This document shows positions 1 through 10,889 of a stretch of 64,000 nucleotides of DNA, piece after piece. This stretch comes from an uncultured Nitrososphaerales archaeon (GTDB lineage: Archaea; Thermoproteota; Nitrososphaeria; Nitrososphaerales; Nitrososphaeraceae), in NCBI GenBank assembly GCA_963695855.1, contig CAVOHZ010000008.1, positions 160,001 to 224,000 on the forward strand, written 5' to 3'. A program made the translations under genes and the position numbers. The stretch's first letter is position 1. Each line of letters begins with the position of its first letter. The notes beneath the pieces were generated by a model that was given only the letters and a program-made list of their open reading frames with translations, had not been told where the DNA came from and ran no database searches.

Positions 1-2
1 AA

Positions 3-2423
3 TTTTGTCAGATAATTACCTTCAGAATCCCATACCTGTACAACTGGTCTAATATTGTTATTTATGAGAAATACCCTACCTTCACTATCAACATCTAAGT
101 GTTCTAAGAACATTAGCATTTCACCATCTCCTGAACCTTCTTTTCCCCATTTCTTTATGAATTTTCCATTTGGGTCGAACTTTTGTATATATGGCTGGAA
201 GCCAGAACTGACGTAAACATTTCTATCTGGACCTACATCAATAGCGTGAGGATGGTCAAATTGACCATCTCCTGTACCTTTACTTCCCCATTGTAGTATA
301 AAATTAAGGTTCTTGTCTAACTTTACAATTCTATTATTTCCGGTATCTGTGATATACAGATCGCCGTTTGTAAAGTCGAATGCCAAATCTTCAGGCATAA
401 CAAAGTTCTTACCGTTTATACTTTTCAATTCGGTAATAAAGACTCCATCGTTGGTTAGTTTTTGAATTCTATTGTTCTCTCTATCAGAGACATATATGTT
501 ATTGTTGCTATCATGGGCAATGCTATATGGAACGTTGAATTGTCCTGGACCTGAACCAGGACCACCAAATTTCGATAAGAACACACCTTCATGTGTGAAC
601 TTTTGTATATCACTTCTAACTCTATCAGGTACAAAGACATTTCCAGAGGAGTCAAAAGAAACATCATGAGGGTCCTGAAACTGACCATTTCCGTTACCTT
701 TTGTTCCAAATTTATAGGCAAATTTAAAGTTGAGTGGAGGTGGTGGTTGAGGACACCCTTCATCTATTAAAATGTCACCATCATTATCAATTCCGTCTCC
801 ACATATCTCTGGAGTAGGTAGGTTATCAAAGGAGTTACTAAATACCAATCCGCTAGTTGCAAAGAAGTCATCATTCATCAAATTGGTAATCTCTGTGTTA
901 TTAAGAGCTCTGTTCCAGACACCTACTTCATCAAGCTGACCTATGAAAAAGTCCTCTGTCAAAGACTGAGAGTTACCTGCTATTCTTAAGGGCTTATTTC
1001 CAGTATTATCAGGATTAGAGGTAGTACTTAGTGAACCTATCTGTACACCATCAACAAAGAGTCTAACAATATTGTTATTATTATCAAACGTGACGACACC
1101 ATGATGCCATTGGCCATCATTGTAGGTCTTTGTAGAAGTTACATATTTGTTGGAACCACCAGTGGTCTCAAATCCTCCCTGCAATGTTTCAGAAGGAGTA
1201 AACCATATTCCATAGTTTTGGTTCAAACCTGCACTTTCTGACCCAAGACCTCCTTTGTTCACCATAACTCCTTCATCATCCCAGCCGCCTGTTGTTTTGA
1301 ACCAAGTAGCAACTGTAAACGATGAAAGTCTAAGGTTGGAAGCATCAGGAACATCTAGTTTATTTGAACTAGTTGCAGTAAAGGATGGTGCATAATGGTA
1401 GCCAGTAGTAGTCTGACAATTTGGGTCTGCTACATCTTTTAATCCATCACGATCATCATCTAGTCCATTATCACATATCTCAGGTACAGATAGACAATCT
1501 AGATCTTCAGCATCTATCTTTCCATCACGATCATCATCAAGTCCATTATCGCATATCTCAAGTACAGATAGACAATCTAGATCTTCAGCATCTATCTTTC
1601 CATCACGATCATCATCAAGTCCATTATCGCATATCTCAAGTACAGATAGACAATCTAGATCTTCAGCATCTATCTTTCCATCACGATCATTATCTATATT
1701 GTCATTACATATTTCAGGGGTTGGAGTAACAAAAGAATTGCTGTATACCAATCCACTTGATGGAAATTGACCAGTATTCATCAAATTGGTAATCTCTGTG
1801 TTATTAAGAGCTCTGTTCCAGACACCTACTTCATCAAGCTGACCTATGAAAAAGTCCTCTGTCAAAGACTGAGAGTTACCTGCTATTCTTAAGGGCTTAT
1901 TTCCAGTATTATCAGGATTAGAGGTAGTACTTAGTGAACCTATCTGTACACCATCAACAAAGAATCTAACAATATTGTTATTATTATCAAACGTGACGAC
2001 ACCATGATGCCATTGGCCATCATTGTAGGTCTTTGTAGAAGTTACATATTTGTTGGAACCACCAGTGGTCTCAAATCCTCCCTGCAATGTTTCAGAAGGA
2101 GTAAACCATATTCCATAGTTTTGGTTCAAACCTGCACTTTCTGACCCAAGACCTCCTTTGTTCACCATAACTCCTTCATCATCCCAGCCGCCTGTTGTTT
2201 TGAACCAAGTAGCAACTGTAAACGATGAAAGTCTAAGGTTGGAAGCATCAGGAACATCTAGTTTATTTGAACTAGTTGCAGTAAAGGATGGTGCATAATT
2301 ATAAGTGGCCGCAAAAGCATAATTTTCATATGTAACAGTGAAAATCATAATAGAAAGCAACGTTAAAAGAAAAATACAACATAAAGAAATTATAAAATTC
2401 ATATTAAAAATTTTATTTATCAT
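3..2423 (-). CDS. Secreted surface protein (partial, runs off left edge): signal peptide, LamG domain, EICDNGLDDD metal-binding repeats, second LamG, C-terminal NHL beta-propeller
   Basis: Missing from ORF track because no stop lies in the window. Hand translation from ATG at 2423: MINKIFNMNFIISLCCIF..., LamG motif YNDGQWHHGVVTFD twice, EICDNGLDDDRDGKIDAEDLDC repeats, NHL motifs GQFQDPHDVSFDSSGNVFV and GQFDHPHAIDV. Confidence 0.9.
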   Translation of the reverse strand, partial: MINKIFNMNFIISLCCIFLLTLLSIMIFTVTYENYAFAATYNYAPSFTATSSNKLDVPDASNLRLSSFTVATWFKTTGGWDDEGVMVNKGGLGSESAGLNQNYGIWFTPSETLQGGFETTGGSNKYVTSTKTYNDGQWHHGVVTFDNNNNIVRFFVDGVQIGSLSTTSNPDNTGNKPLRIAGNSQSLTEDFFIGQLDEVGVWNRALNNTEITNLMNTGQFPSSGLVYSNSFVTPTPEICNDNIDNDRDGKIDAEDLDCLSVLEICDNGLDDDRDGKIDAEDLDCLSVLEICDNGLDDDRDGKIDAEDLDCLSVPEICDNGLDDDRDGLKDVADPNCQTTTGYHYAPSFTATSSNKLDVPDASNLRLSSFTVATWFKTTGGWDDEGVMVNKGGLGSESAGLNQNYGIWFTPSETLQGGFETTGGSNKYVTSTKTYNDGQWHHGVVTFDNNNNIVRLFVDGVQIGSLSTTSNPDNTGNKPLRIAGNSQSLTEDFFIGQLDEVGVWNRALNNTEITNLMNDDFFATSGLVFSNSFDNLPTPEICGDGIDNDGDILIDEGCPQPPPPLNFKFAYKFGTKGNGNGQFQDPHDVSFDSSGNVFVPDRVRSDIQKFTHEGVFLSKFGGPGSGPGQFNVPYSIAHDSNNNIYVSDRENNRIQKLTNDGVFITELKSINGKNFVMPEDLAFDFTNGDLYITDTGNNRIVKLDKNLNFILQWGSKGTGDGQFDHPHAIDVGPDRNVYVSSGFQPYIQKFDPNGKFIKKWGKEGSGDGEMLMFLEHLDVDSEGRVFLINNNIRPVVQVWDSEGNYLTK
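873..2299. repeat. Near-perfect 524-bp intragenic duplication (873-1396 and 1776-2299) encoding the two LamG domains
   Basis: Direct comparison: offset 903 bp, only one substitution noticed (aaagagtcta vs aaagaatcta). Confidence 0.9.
1445..1690. repeat. 60-bp tandem repeat, about 4 copies, encoding EICDNGLDDDRDGKIDAEDLDC-like units
   Basis: Recurring ccatcacgatcatcatc...gtccattatc...tacagatagacaatctagatc units. Confidence 0.8.
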
Positions 2424-2875
2424 TGTGTTTATTCACTTGTGCTTTTTGATGGCATTATCATCATCAGATTGAATAGTCTATTCTTAGAAGCTTTCATTTT
2501 ATTATAAAGACTGACAAGTAAAAATAGGATCAATAATTTTCTAAACCTGTAAACACAATAGAATACAATAAAAAACAACGTAGCAGATTGCTGTGACGTT
2601 GCATACATCATTGAGTAAAAATTAGGGAGTAATAAATTATTTGTACATGCATGCATATGCTTCTTATGACTATCAATTTCAAATTATTTTAAATACCTAA
2701 GCGTAATATGTTATGAAACATCCTCTTATTGTTTAATATACTAAAAATATTATTGTATAAGTTGATATAAAATCTATACAAAAAATCGATCTTACAATTC
2801 CAGACTGTTTTCCATTACTGTTTATAATTTTCAAATATATATATGAATTGAAATTAGTAGTATATACCTAATTGA

Positions 2876-2951
2876 TAAACATATTTAATTCTACAAATTG
2901 AATATATATAATAATAAACATATTTAATTCTACAAATTGAATATATATAAT
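2876..2951. repeat. 38-bp perfect tandem duplication upstream of 3006
   Basis: taaacatatttaattctacaaattgaatatatataata twice. Confidence 0.8.
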
Positions 2952-3005
2952 ATATTTAAGAATCTGTCAGAACCTAAATATATTTAAGTCAGATCTGAAT
3001 ATATA

Positions 3006-3503
3006 TTGAAGAACTTGAACATATCAATTGTTTTCGCTTCAGTATTCCTGACAATAAGTTTTCTTTTTTTAATAACTCTTTTCTCCCCACTAACTGCAAA
3101 TGCACAAAAGATAATTGGGAACTATGAAGATAATTTTAAATACTATGAGAAATTGAGTCTAGGCAATAAATACACGATACAGAAAACCTGTGGAGATTCA
3201 TTTTTGTCACAAAATAAAGGAGGACCATTATCCCAAGATATAGTCTCAGATCTCAACAGGTATTTATCTCAAAATCCCATAGCAATAGGTGATGAGCCCC
3301 TAACAAAAGTAAAAAATGTTGATGGATTATGTATACTTATTAACTTAGTAAAATCACAAGGTAATGAGGAAAGAATAGCTAATGCGGAACAAATAAGAAA
3401 TATCCTCAATGCCGCTTTACAAGAAAAACAGAATCAGCTTGTAACAAACGATCTAATCATCAATTTATTACAGTTAGGTCTAATTGAACCTTCTGATGAC
3501 TAA
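3006..3503 (+). CDS. Hypothetical secreted protein
   Basis: 165-aa ORF with N-terminal hydrophobic signal ending ANA-Q. Confidence 0.7.
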   Translation: MKNLNISIVFASVFLTISFLFLITLFSPLTANAQKIIGNYEDNFKYYEKLSLGNKYTIQKTCGDSFLSQNKGGPLSQDIVSDLNRYLSQNPIAIGDEPLTKVKNVDGLCILINLVKSQGNEERIANAEQIRNILNAALQEKQNQLVTNDLIINLLQLGLIEPSDD

Positions 3504-3954
3504 ATTCTAGGATAATATTTTTTTATTTTTCTTTAAATTTGATTGATAATATCCAATGATTTAGATTAGTTTCAATGAATATTTTAGTTTCCTCCATAAA
3601 TATATCTATTAATATATTTTTTAGTAGAAAGGTAAAGAAAAGATTATTAATAATATATGATGTTACATAAAAGAAGGATATTATTTTGATATTAAAGATA
3701 ATATAAAGAAAAAGATTTGTGTAGCACTAGCAAAGAGATCTTTATGTAAATACAATACGAACTTTTTTATTAATAAAATTACATAGGAATTATTAAAAGA
3801 TATAAAATAAAAATAGGCAGTTTATTAAATATATCAGAAGAAACATTATATATTATAAATAATTACATATAATATTTTTTCAATAATAATACAAGCATCG
3901 TAAGGCAAATTTTAAAGCAATAATCACTTAAATCTCTAGGTATTCAAAAGTAAT

Positions 3955-4020
3955 TGGTTTCACTTTATAGAATGGAACCGAAATTTAAGTCAAATTTGTT
4001 TCACATCCCACTGGCCCCAT
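3955..4020 (+). repeat. Dispersed junction site family C (tRNA 3'-end-like cccactggcccc)
   Basis: tggtttcactttatagaa...aaatttgtttcacatcccactggcccca; similar to 12039-12100 and 12898-12950. Confidence 0.7.
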
Positions 4021-4127
4021 ATAGCGTAAGGGGACAGTTAAAGTATAAGAAGATTATACCAGACAGAACAACAACAAACTATCTTTTATTTTCAATTTAC
4101 ATTTAAATAGATATATTCGTATGGTAG

Positions 4128-4164
4128 TCGAGTCCCACTCCCGGCGCTCAACTCGCGGAGTCTA
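4128..4164 (+). repeat. tRNA-Ser-like 3'-end fragment, junction family S copy 1
   Basis: tcgagt-cccac-tcccggc-g (T-loop, T-stem, acceptor, G73) followed by ctcaactcgcggagtcta, shared with 7176-7216. Confidence 0.75.
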
Positions 4165-4412
4165 CTAAGATTATGTCATTTTCAAATATTTTAGTTGTAA
4201 GTATTATCAGATTCAATTTTTCTGCCATTCTTGGCATTTCAATATTCATTTAAAATAGTTTGCAACAGTCATATCTCTTCTTTTAATTAATTAATTAATC
4301 TATTACGCTAACGATATTCAATCAATAGAGGAGAGTTTGGTAAAGCAGTCAAGAAGGTATTAGCATTAGAATATTCGAATACAAATCTAACCACATATTT
4401 GTTTTTTATCTT

Positions 4413-4631
4413 TTATTTGATTTCAATAATTAATTCACATTTTACGTTCAACTTGGAATGATATTTTTCTATTGCTTCCTTGCTTGAAGCATCTAACATG
4501 TAATAACATAGGTCTGCATCTCGATTGAAGTAAGTGTTAATATTCCTAATCTCACCTCTTGTATGCGTTTTTACCAAACATTCTATCTGCGAGACTTTAT
4601 GGACATCAAGAAATACTGGCATATATCTCAC
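4413..4631 (-). CDS. DUF4242 / SCO4226-like small metal-binding protein
   Basis: MPVFLDVH...CYYMLDASSKEAIEKYHSKL pattern. Confidence 0.65.
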   Translation of the reverse strand: MRYMPVFLDVHKVSQIECLVKTHTRGEIRNINTYFNRDADLCYYMLDASSKEAIEKYHSKLNVKCELIIEIK

Positions 4632-4723
4632 TAACTATAACTATGCAACAACTCTAATCAAGGTTAATGCTAGGTGATACAGGCAAGTAAAAGACATCGG
4701 AATGCAAAGTCTAATTCCACTAT

Positions 4724-5644
4724 TTATCCATAATTAACCTCTTCCTTTGGCGATATTTCGTGTAAACCCAGGTGTACTGCTTCTGGGTTCGAGTCCCACT
4801 CCCGGCGCGCGCCACATTCTATTTGAAATAGTCTGCCATTTAGAAATCTTGATACGGTTCTATTAAATTCCTCTACTTTCTCTACATGAGGATAATGACC
4901 ACACTCATCAAATATTACAAGTCTGGAATTGGGAGTTTTAAATTTTTCTGCATATCTTAGAGGCATTAGTTTATCATTTCTTCCCCAAATTATCAATGTA
5001 GGTGTATTAATATTTAGTCTATCAGCGAGCTGAGGATGATTTTTAAGTGATATTAAAGTAGACATGAAAGCAAACTTTGAATTACTCAGATTCATCCTCT
5101 TAATAAAATCTTGGATTGAATCTTCTGTAATCATACGCGGATCATACACCATCTCATAGTATGCTGTTGCCACATTATAGAACGTGGGATAGAGTGCAGC
5201 AGAAATATATTGGTTCAAAGCTGGTGTTATATGATTCATCATTCCAGCTGGCGATATTAAAACCAGTTTGTTTATATCTTTGGGAAATCTAATAGTATAT
5301 TCTAACGCTAAAAGTCCCCCAAACGAGGAACCCATAAGATGTAAATTATCAATCTCCATAATTTGAAGGACTCTTTGAATAAATTTTATAAAAAAATCCA
5401 TATTGTATTCTGCATGAGGTTTATCACTGTACCCAAAACCAATTATATCTGGTACTAATAGTCGATAAAATTTAGATAAAAATGGTATTATTTCTGACCA
5501 GCGGTCTAATGATCCTCCCAAGCCATGGAGCAGAAGCAGTGTTGATTTTTTTGGATTGCTATTCTTTTTACCGGTGTCTAGGTATCTAATTGAATAATCA
5601 TCAACTTTCATTGTCGCAATATCGCGGTCAATCAAACTATACAA
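4724..5644 (-). CDS. Alpha/beta-fold hydrolase
   Basis: LLLLHGLGGS oxyanion motif, GSSFGG nucleophile elbow, WGRND acid, CGHYPH catalytic His; C-terminal tail reads through a tRNA fragment. Confidence 0.9.
   Translation of the reverse strand: MYSLIDRDIATMKVDDYSIRYLDTGKKNSNPKKSTLLLLHGLGGSLDRWSEIIPFLSKFYRLLVPDIIGFGYSDKPHAEYNMDFFIKFIQRVLQIMEIDNLHLMGSSFGGLLALEYTIRFPKDINKLVLISPAGMMNHITPALNQYISAALYPTFYNVATAYYEMVYDPRMITEDSIQDFIKRMNLSNSKFAFMSTLISLKNHPQLADRLNINTPTLIIWGRNDKLMPLRYAEKFKTPNSRLVIFDECGHYPHVEKVEEFNRTVSRFLNGRLFQIECGARREWDSNPEAVHLGLHEISPKEEVNYG
4785..4808 (+). repeat. tRNA-Ser-like 3'-end fragment, family S copy 2
   Basis: gggttcgagtcccactcccggcgc. Confidence 0.75.
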
Positions 5645-6585
5645 CTGATATCAGAACATCCTCCAATATTTTGTCCATTTGAATAAAATATAATTAAATT
5701 TGTAACATAATTACGAGAATTCAAATTTTTGGCCACTAGAAAAAGATATATACATAAAATAATATCTATCATATAATAGATCTTCACTTATAATATTTTG
5801 GCGACCTCTAGTATAAATGACTATAATTCAAAGATTTAGTGTTTCTTGCTCTATAAATCATAAATCTTCTTGATTGCTTCAAATAAAAACCAAATTCTCT
5901 GAAATAGTTGTAAAAATAATTTATCATTGTTTTGTATTTGAGTATACGTATTTTCATTTTTAATTTATAAAAATACTATTCTAAAAGAAGTAACAATCAC
6001 ATTTCACTTTTTCTATGATATTATCAGGTATGGATGTTTTTTTTAATACCTGTACTTGTTTCTATCCCAACTATCGCTGTTACACCCTGTTTAGTCCCTA
6101 TCTTTTCTGGACAGCTAAATTATCAATAATATTTTTAACTATAGTTTTTACCATTATCTTTGTAATGTAGCGAGAAAAGTGCCGAGGTTATCTCCAATAC
6201 GGGAAGAGGAATTATAGGATGAGTAGTAAGAAGAATTCTTACCGTTGTCGTCGTCTACTCCATAATTAGTTCTGTTCACAATAAATTTCATTAATTATAA
6301 ATCAACATGAGATAGAATATCTGTTGGACACAAATTTTAACCGATTGAGAAGAAGATGATGATGGCTAGGATGAAAATAGGGCTATATCATCTAGCTGTG
6401 TATCTATGAAGTACTAGAACAAAACTTTGTGTAACGGATACATATGTGTGAATGCTTAGTTTGGTAGCTAAATGAAGGATTTATTGTTATTCTTACTCTT
6501 GATTGATAAATTACATCTTATATTTATTTATTATATTTTTGACGAAATTATTATATATATTAGAGTTCCTTTATTTATATCAAAA

Positions 6586-7077
6586 ATGTCTGCAAGTGTA
6601 GGTAAACCTATTCCTCTTTTATCAGACATTGATAGAAAAATATTAAAGATTCTTCTTGTACCGAATGGAAATATACAATCCAACACGATAGCAAAAAATT
6701 TAGGAATTCCAATTACTACAGTTAGAAGGAGACGTAAGCGGTTAGAAAACGAATTTTTAAAAACATACCATGTCTTGGATATAGAGAAATTTGGATGGAG
6801 ACGTGTTGATTTCTTTATTTCAGTGAGAAATGGAAAGGTAAATACTGTCGCTAATAAGCTGATGGAAATAGATGAAGTAACATATGTAGGCAAAAGTATT
6901 GGAGAACATACAATTGATTTGAGAATAGAAACTATAGTTAAAGATAACATTGTACTTCTAGATCTGCTTGAAAAGATAAAAGGAATGGATGGAGTTGCTG
7001 ACGTGATATGGAGCGAGATTGTACATGTAATAGCTAGAAAAATATCCATTCCCTCTACAATTATTGACAAAATATAG
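6586..7077 (+). CDS. Lrp/AsnC family transcriptional regulator
   Basis: LSDIDRKILKIL...IAKNLGIPITTVRRRRKRLE HTH plus RAM domain; start revised from 6472 to the in-frame ATG at 6586. Confidence 0.88.
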   Translation: MSASVGKPIPLLSDIDRKILKILLVPNGNIQSNTIAKNLGIPITTVRRRRKRLENEFLKTYHVLDIEKFGWRRVDFFISVRNGKVNTVANKLMEIDEVTYVGKSIGEHTIDLRIETIVKDNIVLLDLLEKIKGMDGVADVIWSEIVHVIARKISIPSTIIDKI

Positions 7078-7175
7078 TAATAATAAAGATGGATTCCAGG
7101 TCACTAATTATCTTAAGATTTGGAAGTCTAATAATATTTTAATATTTGATAGTAGAACCCACATTTGATGAACAA

Positions 7176-7216
7176 GGGTTAGAATCCCACTCCCGGCGCT
7201 CAACTCGTGGAGTCTA
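7176..7216 (+). repeat. tRNA-Ser-like 3'-end fragment, family S copy 3
   Basis: gggttagaatcccactcccggcgctcaactcgtggagtcta. Confidence 0.75.
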
Positions 7217-7369
7217 TCAATTACAAATATGAAGACAATTCAAAATTTATGAAGACAATTCAAAATTTTCAGCGATTTCTTATCTTAACAAATGTATATT
7301 TTGTTGTAGTGTAGAATTTGATTTTATTAAAGGCTTTATACTATTTTGGGAAAGTTGATTTTTTTTAAT

Positions 7370-9031
7370 CTAATTTTTATTGATTTTTTCTTTATTTAAT
7401 AACTTATTAAATGATGATATAATTTTTTTAAAATCGTCTTTGGTAGCATTAGATTTAGCAAATTCTACTAGATCAGTAATTTTCAAAGATTCTCTAATAT
7501 CATCAATAGGATAATAATTATGTTTTTGTAGTAATCTTATTAATTCTTCACTAGTTATTTCTCTTTTAAGACCTGCATCATGGCTCAAAAATAATCTAAT
7601 TGCTTTGCCGGCAGTTCCAAAAGCTTCCTTGTATTCTCCTTTATCATAATACTGTTGAGCTTGTGATATTAGTTTTTTTGATTCAATAATATGCTCAAAG
7701 GATTTTAATTTTGGAATTGGAGATGAATCATTAATAGTAAATGTTTTTTTCTTTTTTAAGAATTTTTTGATTACAAAATAAATAGATACAATAGATATGA
7801 TAGCCACAGCCAATAGTATGAACAAAGTTAGATTAGATGAGTTAGAACTGTTATCTTCTAATGTAACGCGCTTTATCTCATCATTTTCAAAATTTGCTGT
7901 GATTTTTGCATTATCGTGTTTTTGATTCTCATATTGAAGTATTATATTAGTTTCATTTTCATTATCTTGAAAATTGATATCATTTTGAGAATATCCTTCT
8001 GTGACTAACTGATTATGAAATTGTTGAAATAGCGTATTTTGTTTTAATTTTTCTAAAAGTTTTTCTTGTTGATCTTGTGTTTGTTGTTTGAGCTCAGTTA
8101 TTGTTCCGTTTTTCATATTTCCTTGTAATGTAGCCCATTTCCCATCTGTATTTTTGTATTTCATATCAAAACTGCCAGTATCATTAGACAAAGGTTTCAA
8201 AATACTGTTTGTAATGTTATAACCATTTTCTAAGAGTTTTTGGTGTCTATTTAGAAAATTATTATTAGATAATAATTGCTTTTCAAACTCTTTTTTTATT
8301 TGTTCTTGTTGTTGTACCTGTTTTTGTATTTGTTGTTTTAATGCATTGCTGTCTTGAGATAATTGGTTGTTTTGAAGACGTTGTTGCTGATTTTGTGATG
8401 GATTTTGTTGATTTCCAAGTAGTTCATTTAGTCTTTGTTCCATCTGTTGTTCTTGTTGAGAAAATAAATCTTGTTGATTTCCAAGTAGTTCATTTAGTCT
8501 TTGTTCCATCTGTTGTTCTTGTTGAGAAAATAAATCTTGTTTTTGAGATTGCGTGTTTGGTTGCTGAGATTGCGTGTTTGGTCGAGAAGAGCTTTGTATT
8601 TTATTTTGTTGATTATTTTTTTGAGAAGCATCAGATACAAAGTGAATTATTATAGGACCTAGAGAAACAGTTCGATCTCCATTTTCATTATAATTAAAAT
8701 TTAGATTCATGACTAAATTAGAAGGAGCATCAGAAGTACCTAAATTCAAGTAAATTTTTTGGTTTTCTTCATTTATTACAAGAGATTTTGCTTCTGTATT
8801 AGAATTTGAGAATTGAACATTTCCCTGGCTGATTTGCTGTGTTATAGTGTATTGTAACATGCCAGAAATCTGTTTTCCATAAGTGCTGTTTATTTCAATT
8901 GGAATTATAGCCTGTGCGCCAATCTTAAAATAATATTCAGTTTGTTCAGTTGAGAACAAAATATCCTGTGCATAAACAGCTTGAAGGGAAGCTAGAAAAA
9001 TAAATAGGGATAATAAAACAAATACTTTCAT
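7370..9031 (-). CDS. Gln-rich membrane-anchored protein of the MoxR/vWA (Bat-like) operon
   Basis: Signal peptide, Q-rich linker with 66-bp duplication (8405-8541), TM helix, C-terminal helical DLVEFAK domain; 4-bp overlap with vWA gene. Confidence 0.75.
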   Translation of the reverse strand: MKVFVLLSLFIFLASLQAVYAQDILFSTEQTEYYFKIGAQAIIPIEINSTYGKQISGMLQYTITQQISQGNVQFSNSNTEAKSLVINEENQKIYLNLGTSDAPSNLVMNLNFNYNENGDRTVSLGPIIIHFVSDASQKNNQQNKIQSSSRPNTQSQQPNTQSQKQDLFSQQEQQMEQRLNELLGNQQDLFSQQEQQMEQRLNELLGNQQNPSQNQQQRLQNNQLSQDSNALKQQIQKQVQQQEQIKKEFEKQLLSNNNFLNRHQKLLENGYNITNSILKPLSNDTGSFDMKYKNTDGKWATLQGNMKNGTITELKQQTQDQQEKLLEKLKQNTLFQQFHNQLVTEGYSQNDINFQDNENETNIILQYENQKHDNAKITANFENDEIKRVTLEDNSSNSSNLTLFILLAVAIISIVSIYFVIKKFLKKKKTFTINDSSPIPKLKSFEHIIESKKLISQAQQYYDKGEYKEAFGTAGKAIRLFLSHDAGLKREITSEELIRLLQKHNYYPIDDIRESLKITDLVEFAKSNATKDDFKKIISSFNKLLNKEKINKN

Positions 9032-9978
9032 TGTATTATTCTACCTCTACCATATCTCAAATAGATCTGTAAAAAGAAAATACCAAGTGCAAATACAAAA
9101 AACCAATCTTTAATGTTGGTTTCTTCTTTTTCTCGTTTTATATCAGTACTGATATTTTGATAAATCTCATTTAATGTCTTAATATCAACAGACTTGAAAT
9201 ATTTGCCACCTGTCTGCTCTGCAATAGATCTGAGTGTATCTTCGTCTAGTTCTGCATATTGCGGTCTACCAAAAAAATCATAACCAAGAAGAGTTTTTCC
9301 TCCTGAACCAAGACCAATTGTGTAAACTTGAATATTGTTTGATTTTGCAAAAGATACGGCTTCTGATGGAGAGATTACTCCTGCATTACTTACTCCATCG
9401 CTGAGTAAAATCACAACTTTTTTCTTATTTTGAATAGAGGTTGCCATATCAATTCCCAGACTTAATCCATCACCAATAGCCGTTTCACCGTTTGTTTGAG
9501 CAATATTAGAGAGTTTTTCTATAACCTTGTCCTTATTTGGACTCAAATATGCTGCAGTAGTTGCACCTGTCCCAAATATTACAATTCCAGCATTATCTTT
9601 AGGAGGTAATGACTCCACAAGAATTTTTGCAGAATTTTTTGCAGCCTCAAGCCTGTCAGGTTTATAATCTGTAGCTTGCATACTGCCTGAAACATCAATC
9701 ACAAGCACTACATTTACTCCTTCTTTACTTTGTTCCAGCGGTATGTGTGGATTAGCAAATCCTATAATCATCAATCCAATTGTTACCAAAGATAGATAAA
9801 ATAGCCATAAATCTCTCCGAGATTTTCTTTTATTTCCTATCGCAGATTTAATAAATTCTAAATTACTGAATTTTATCGCTTCCTTTCTCTTTTTAGATAT
9901 TATTTTATAATATAGAAAATACAATCCAGGAATAACAAGAAGCGCAATTAAAACAATCTGAGAATCGAATCCGGCCAA
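9028..9978 (-). CDS. BatA-like vWA domain membrane protein
   Basis: MIDAS DVSGSM, PDRLEAAK, TAIGDGL, LLSDG; N- and C-terminal TM helices. Confidence 0.92.
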   Translation of the reverse strand: MAGFDSQIVLIALLVIPGLYFLYYKIISKKRKEAIKFSNLEFIKSAIGNKRKSRRDLWLFYLSLVTIGLMIIGFANPHIPLEQSKEGVNVVLVIDVSGSMQATDYKPDRLEAAKNSAKILVESLPPKDNAGIVIFGTGATTAAYLSPNKDKVIEKLSNIAQTNGETAIGDGLSLGIDMATSIQNKKKVVILLSDGVSNAGVISPSEAVSFAKSNNIQVYTIGLGSGGKTLLGYDFFGRPQYAELDEDTLRSIAEQTGGKYFKSVDIKTLNEIYQNISTDIKREKEETNIKDWFFVFALGIFFLQIYLRYGRGRIIQ

Positions 9979-9983
9979 AATTA

Positions 9984-10859
9984 TTATCTCCTAATTCTTT
10001 TTTTAAAGAATTTTCTTAAGGGGGTCTCGTAATTTTCATCAGATAAAATCTTTATAAAATCTACTTTCAATTTTATTAGATTTAAAATCAATTGTGACTC
10101 GTTATTTGATACAATCTCTGTATATTTTGTTTGAAATAGGGGATCAGATGTATCAACAAGAATCTGTTCTCCTGTTTCTTCATCTTCAAGCTGGATTAAT
10201 CCTATTTTTGGAATTTCTTGTTCACGTACATCAGAGATTTTTAATATAATAACATCATGCTTTTTCCTCAATATTTTTAATGGTTTTAGATAATCATTGG
10301 AATCAAAAAAATCCGAAAGTATAAACAAAATACAGCGTTTTTTTAGAATTTGTGAGACTTGAACTAGTGCTGTTTTCAAGTTAGTAGTCTTTGATTTTGG
10401 TTGGAAAGAAATGATTGAGCTTAGAATTTGTAGAACATGTTTTTTCCCCTTTCTTGCAGGAATAAATCTTTCAATTTTATCAGTAAATAAAAAAATACCA
10501 ATATTATCATTATTTCTCAGTGCTGCAAACATCAAGCTTGCTACAATTTCTAAAGCTTTTCTTTTTTTAGGAATTTTATTTCCAAAACTTCCAGAACCGG
10601 AGATATCTAAAAGAAAATATACTTGCAGATCTCGTTCTTCAACATATTCTTTAACGTAAGGTTGATTGTATCTAGCAGTAACATTCCAATCTATAGAACG
10701 TATATCGTCTCCTGACCTATATTCTCGAATTTCTGAAAACTCAATGCCTTGTCCTTTAAACGTGGAGTGATAATTTCCAGTTAGTAATTCATTCACTAAA
10801 TATTTTGTAGAAATTTCTAGTTTTTTGATTTGTTTTAGAATTTCTTGTGTTTGGTTCAT
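9984..10859 (-). CDS. DUF58 domain protein
   Basis: GQGIEFSEIREYRSGDDIRSIDWNVTAR...VKEYVEER. Confidence 0.93.
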   Translation of the reverse strand: MNQTQEILKQIKKLEISTKYLVNELLTGNYHSTFKGQGIEFSEIREYRSGDDIRSIDWNVTARYNQPYVKEYVEERDLQVYFLLDISGSGSFGNKIPKKRKALEIVASLMFAALRNNDNIGIFLFTDKIERFIPARKGKKHVLQILSSIISFQPKSKTTNLKTALVQVSQILKKRCILFILSDFFDSNDYLKPLKILRKKHDVIILKISDVREQEIPKIGLIQLEDEETGEQILVDTSDPLFQTKYTEIVSNNESQLILNLIKLKVDFIKILSDENYETPLRKFFKKRIRR

Positions 10860-10889
10860 TGGATCACTTTTAGATGATTATAACAACAC

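Noticed and set aside
455-1729. ORF-track entries 455-763, 472-669 and His-rich 1421-1729
   Set aside because: Alternative-frame or antisense shadows of the large LamG/NHL gene.
4785-4808. Intact tRNA genes at the tRNA-like motifs (also 7176, 12059, 35471)
   Set aside because: Only the T-arm and acceptor 3' strand are present; upstream DNA cannot form D and anticodon arms.
6531-7070. 179-aa antisense ORF, and similar ones at 8341, 10411, 23505, 38632, 52713, 54971, 62379
   Set aside because: Antisense shadows of recognisable genes or gene fragments, with no motifs of their own.
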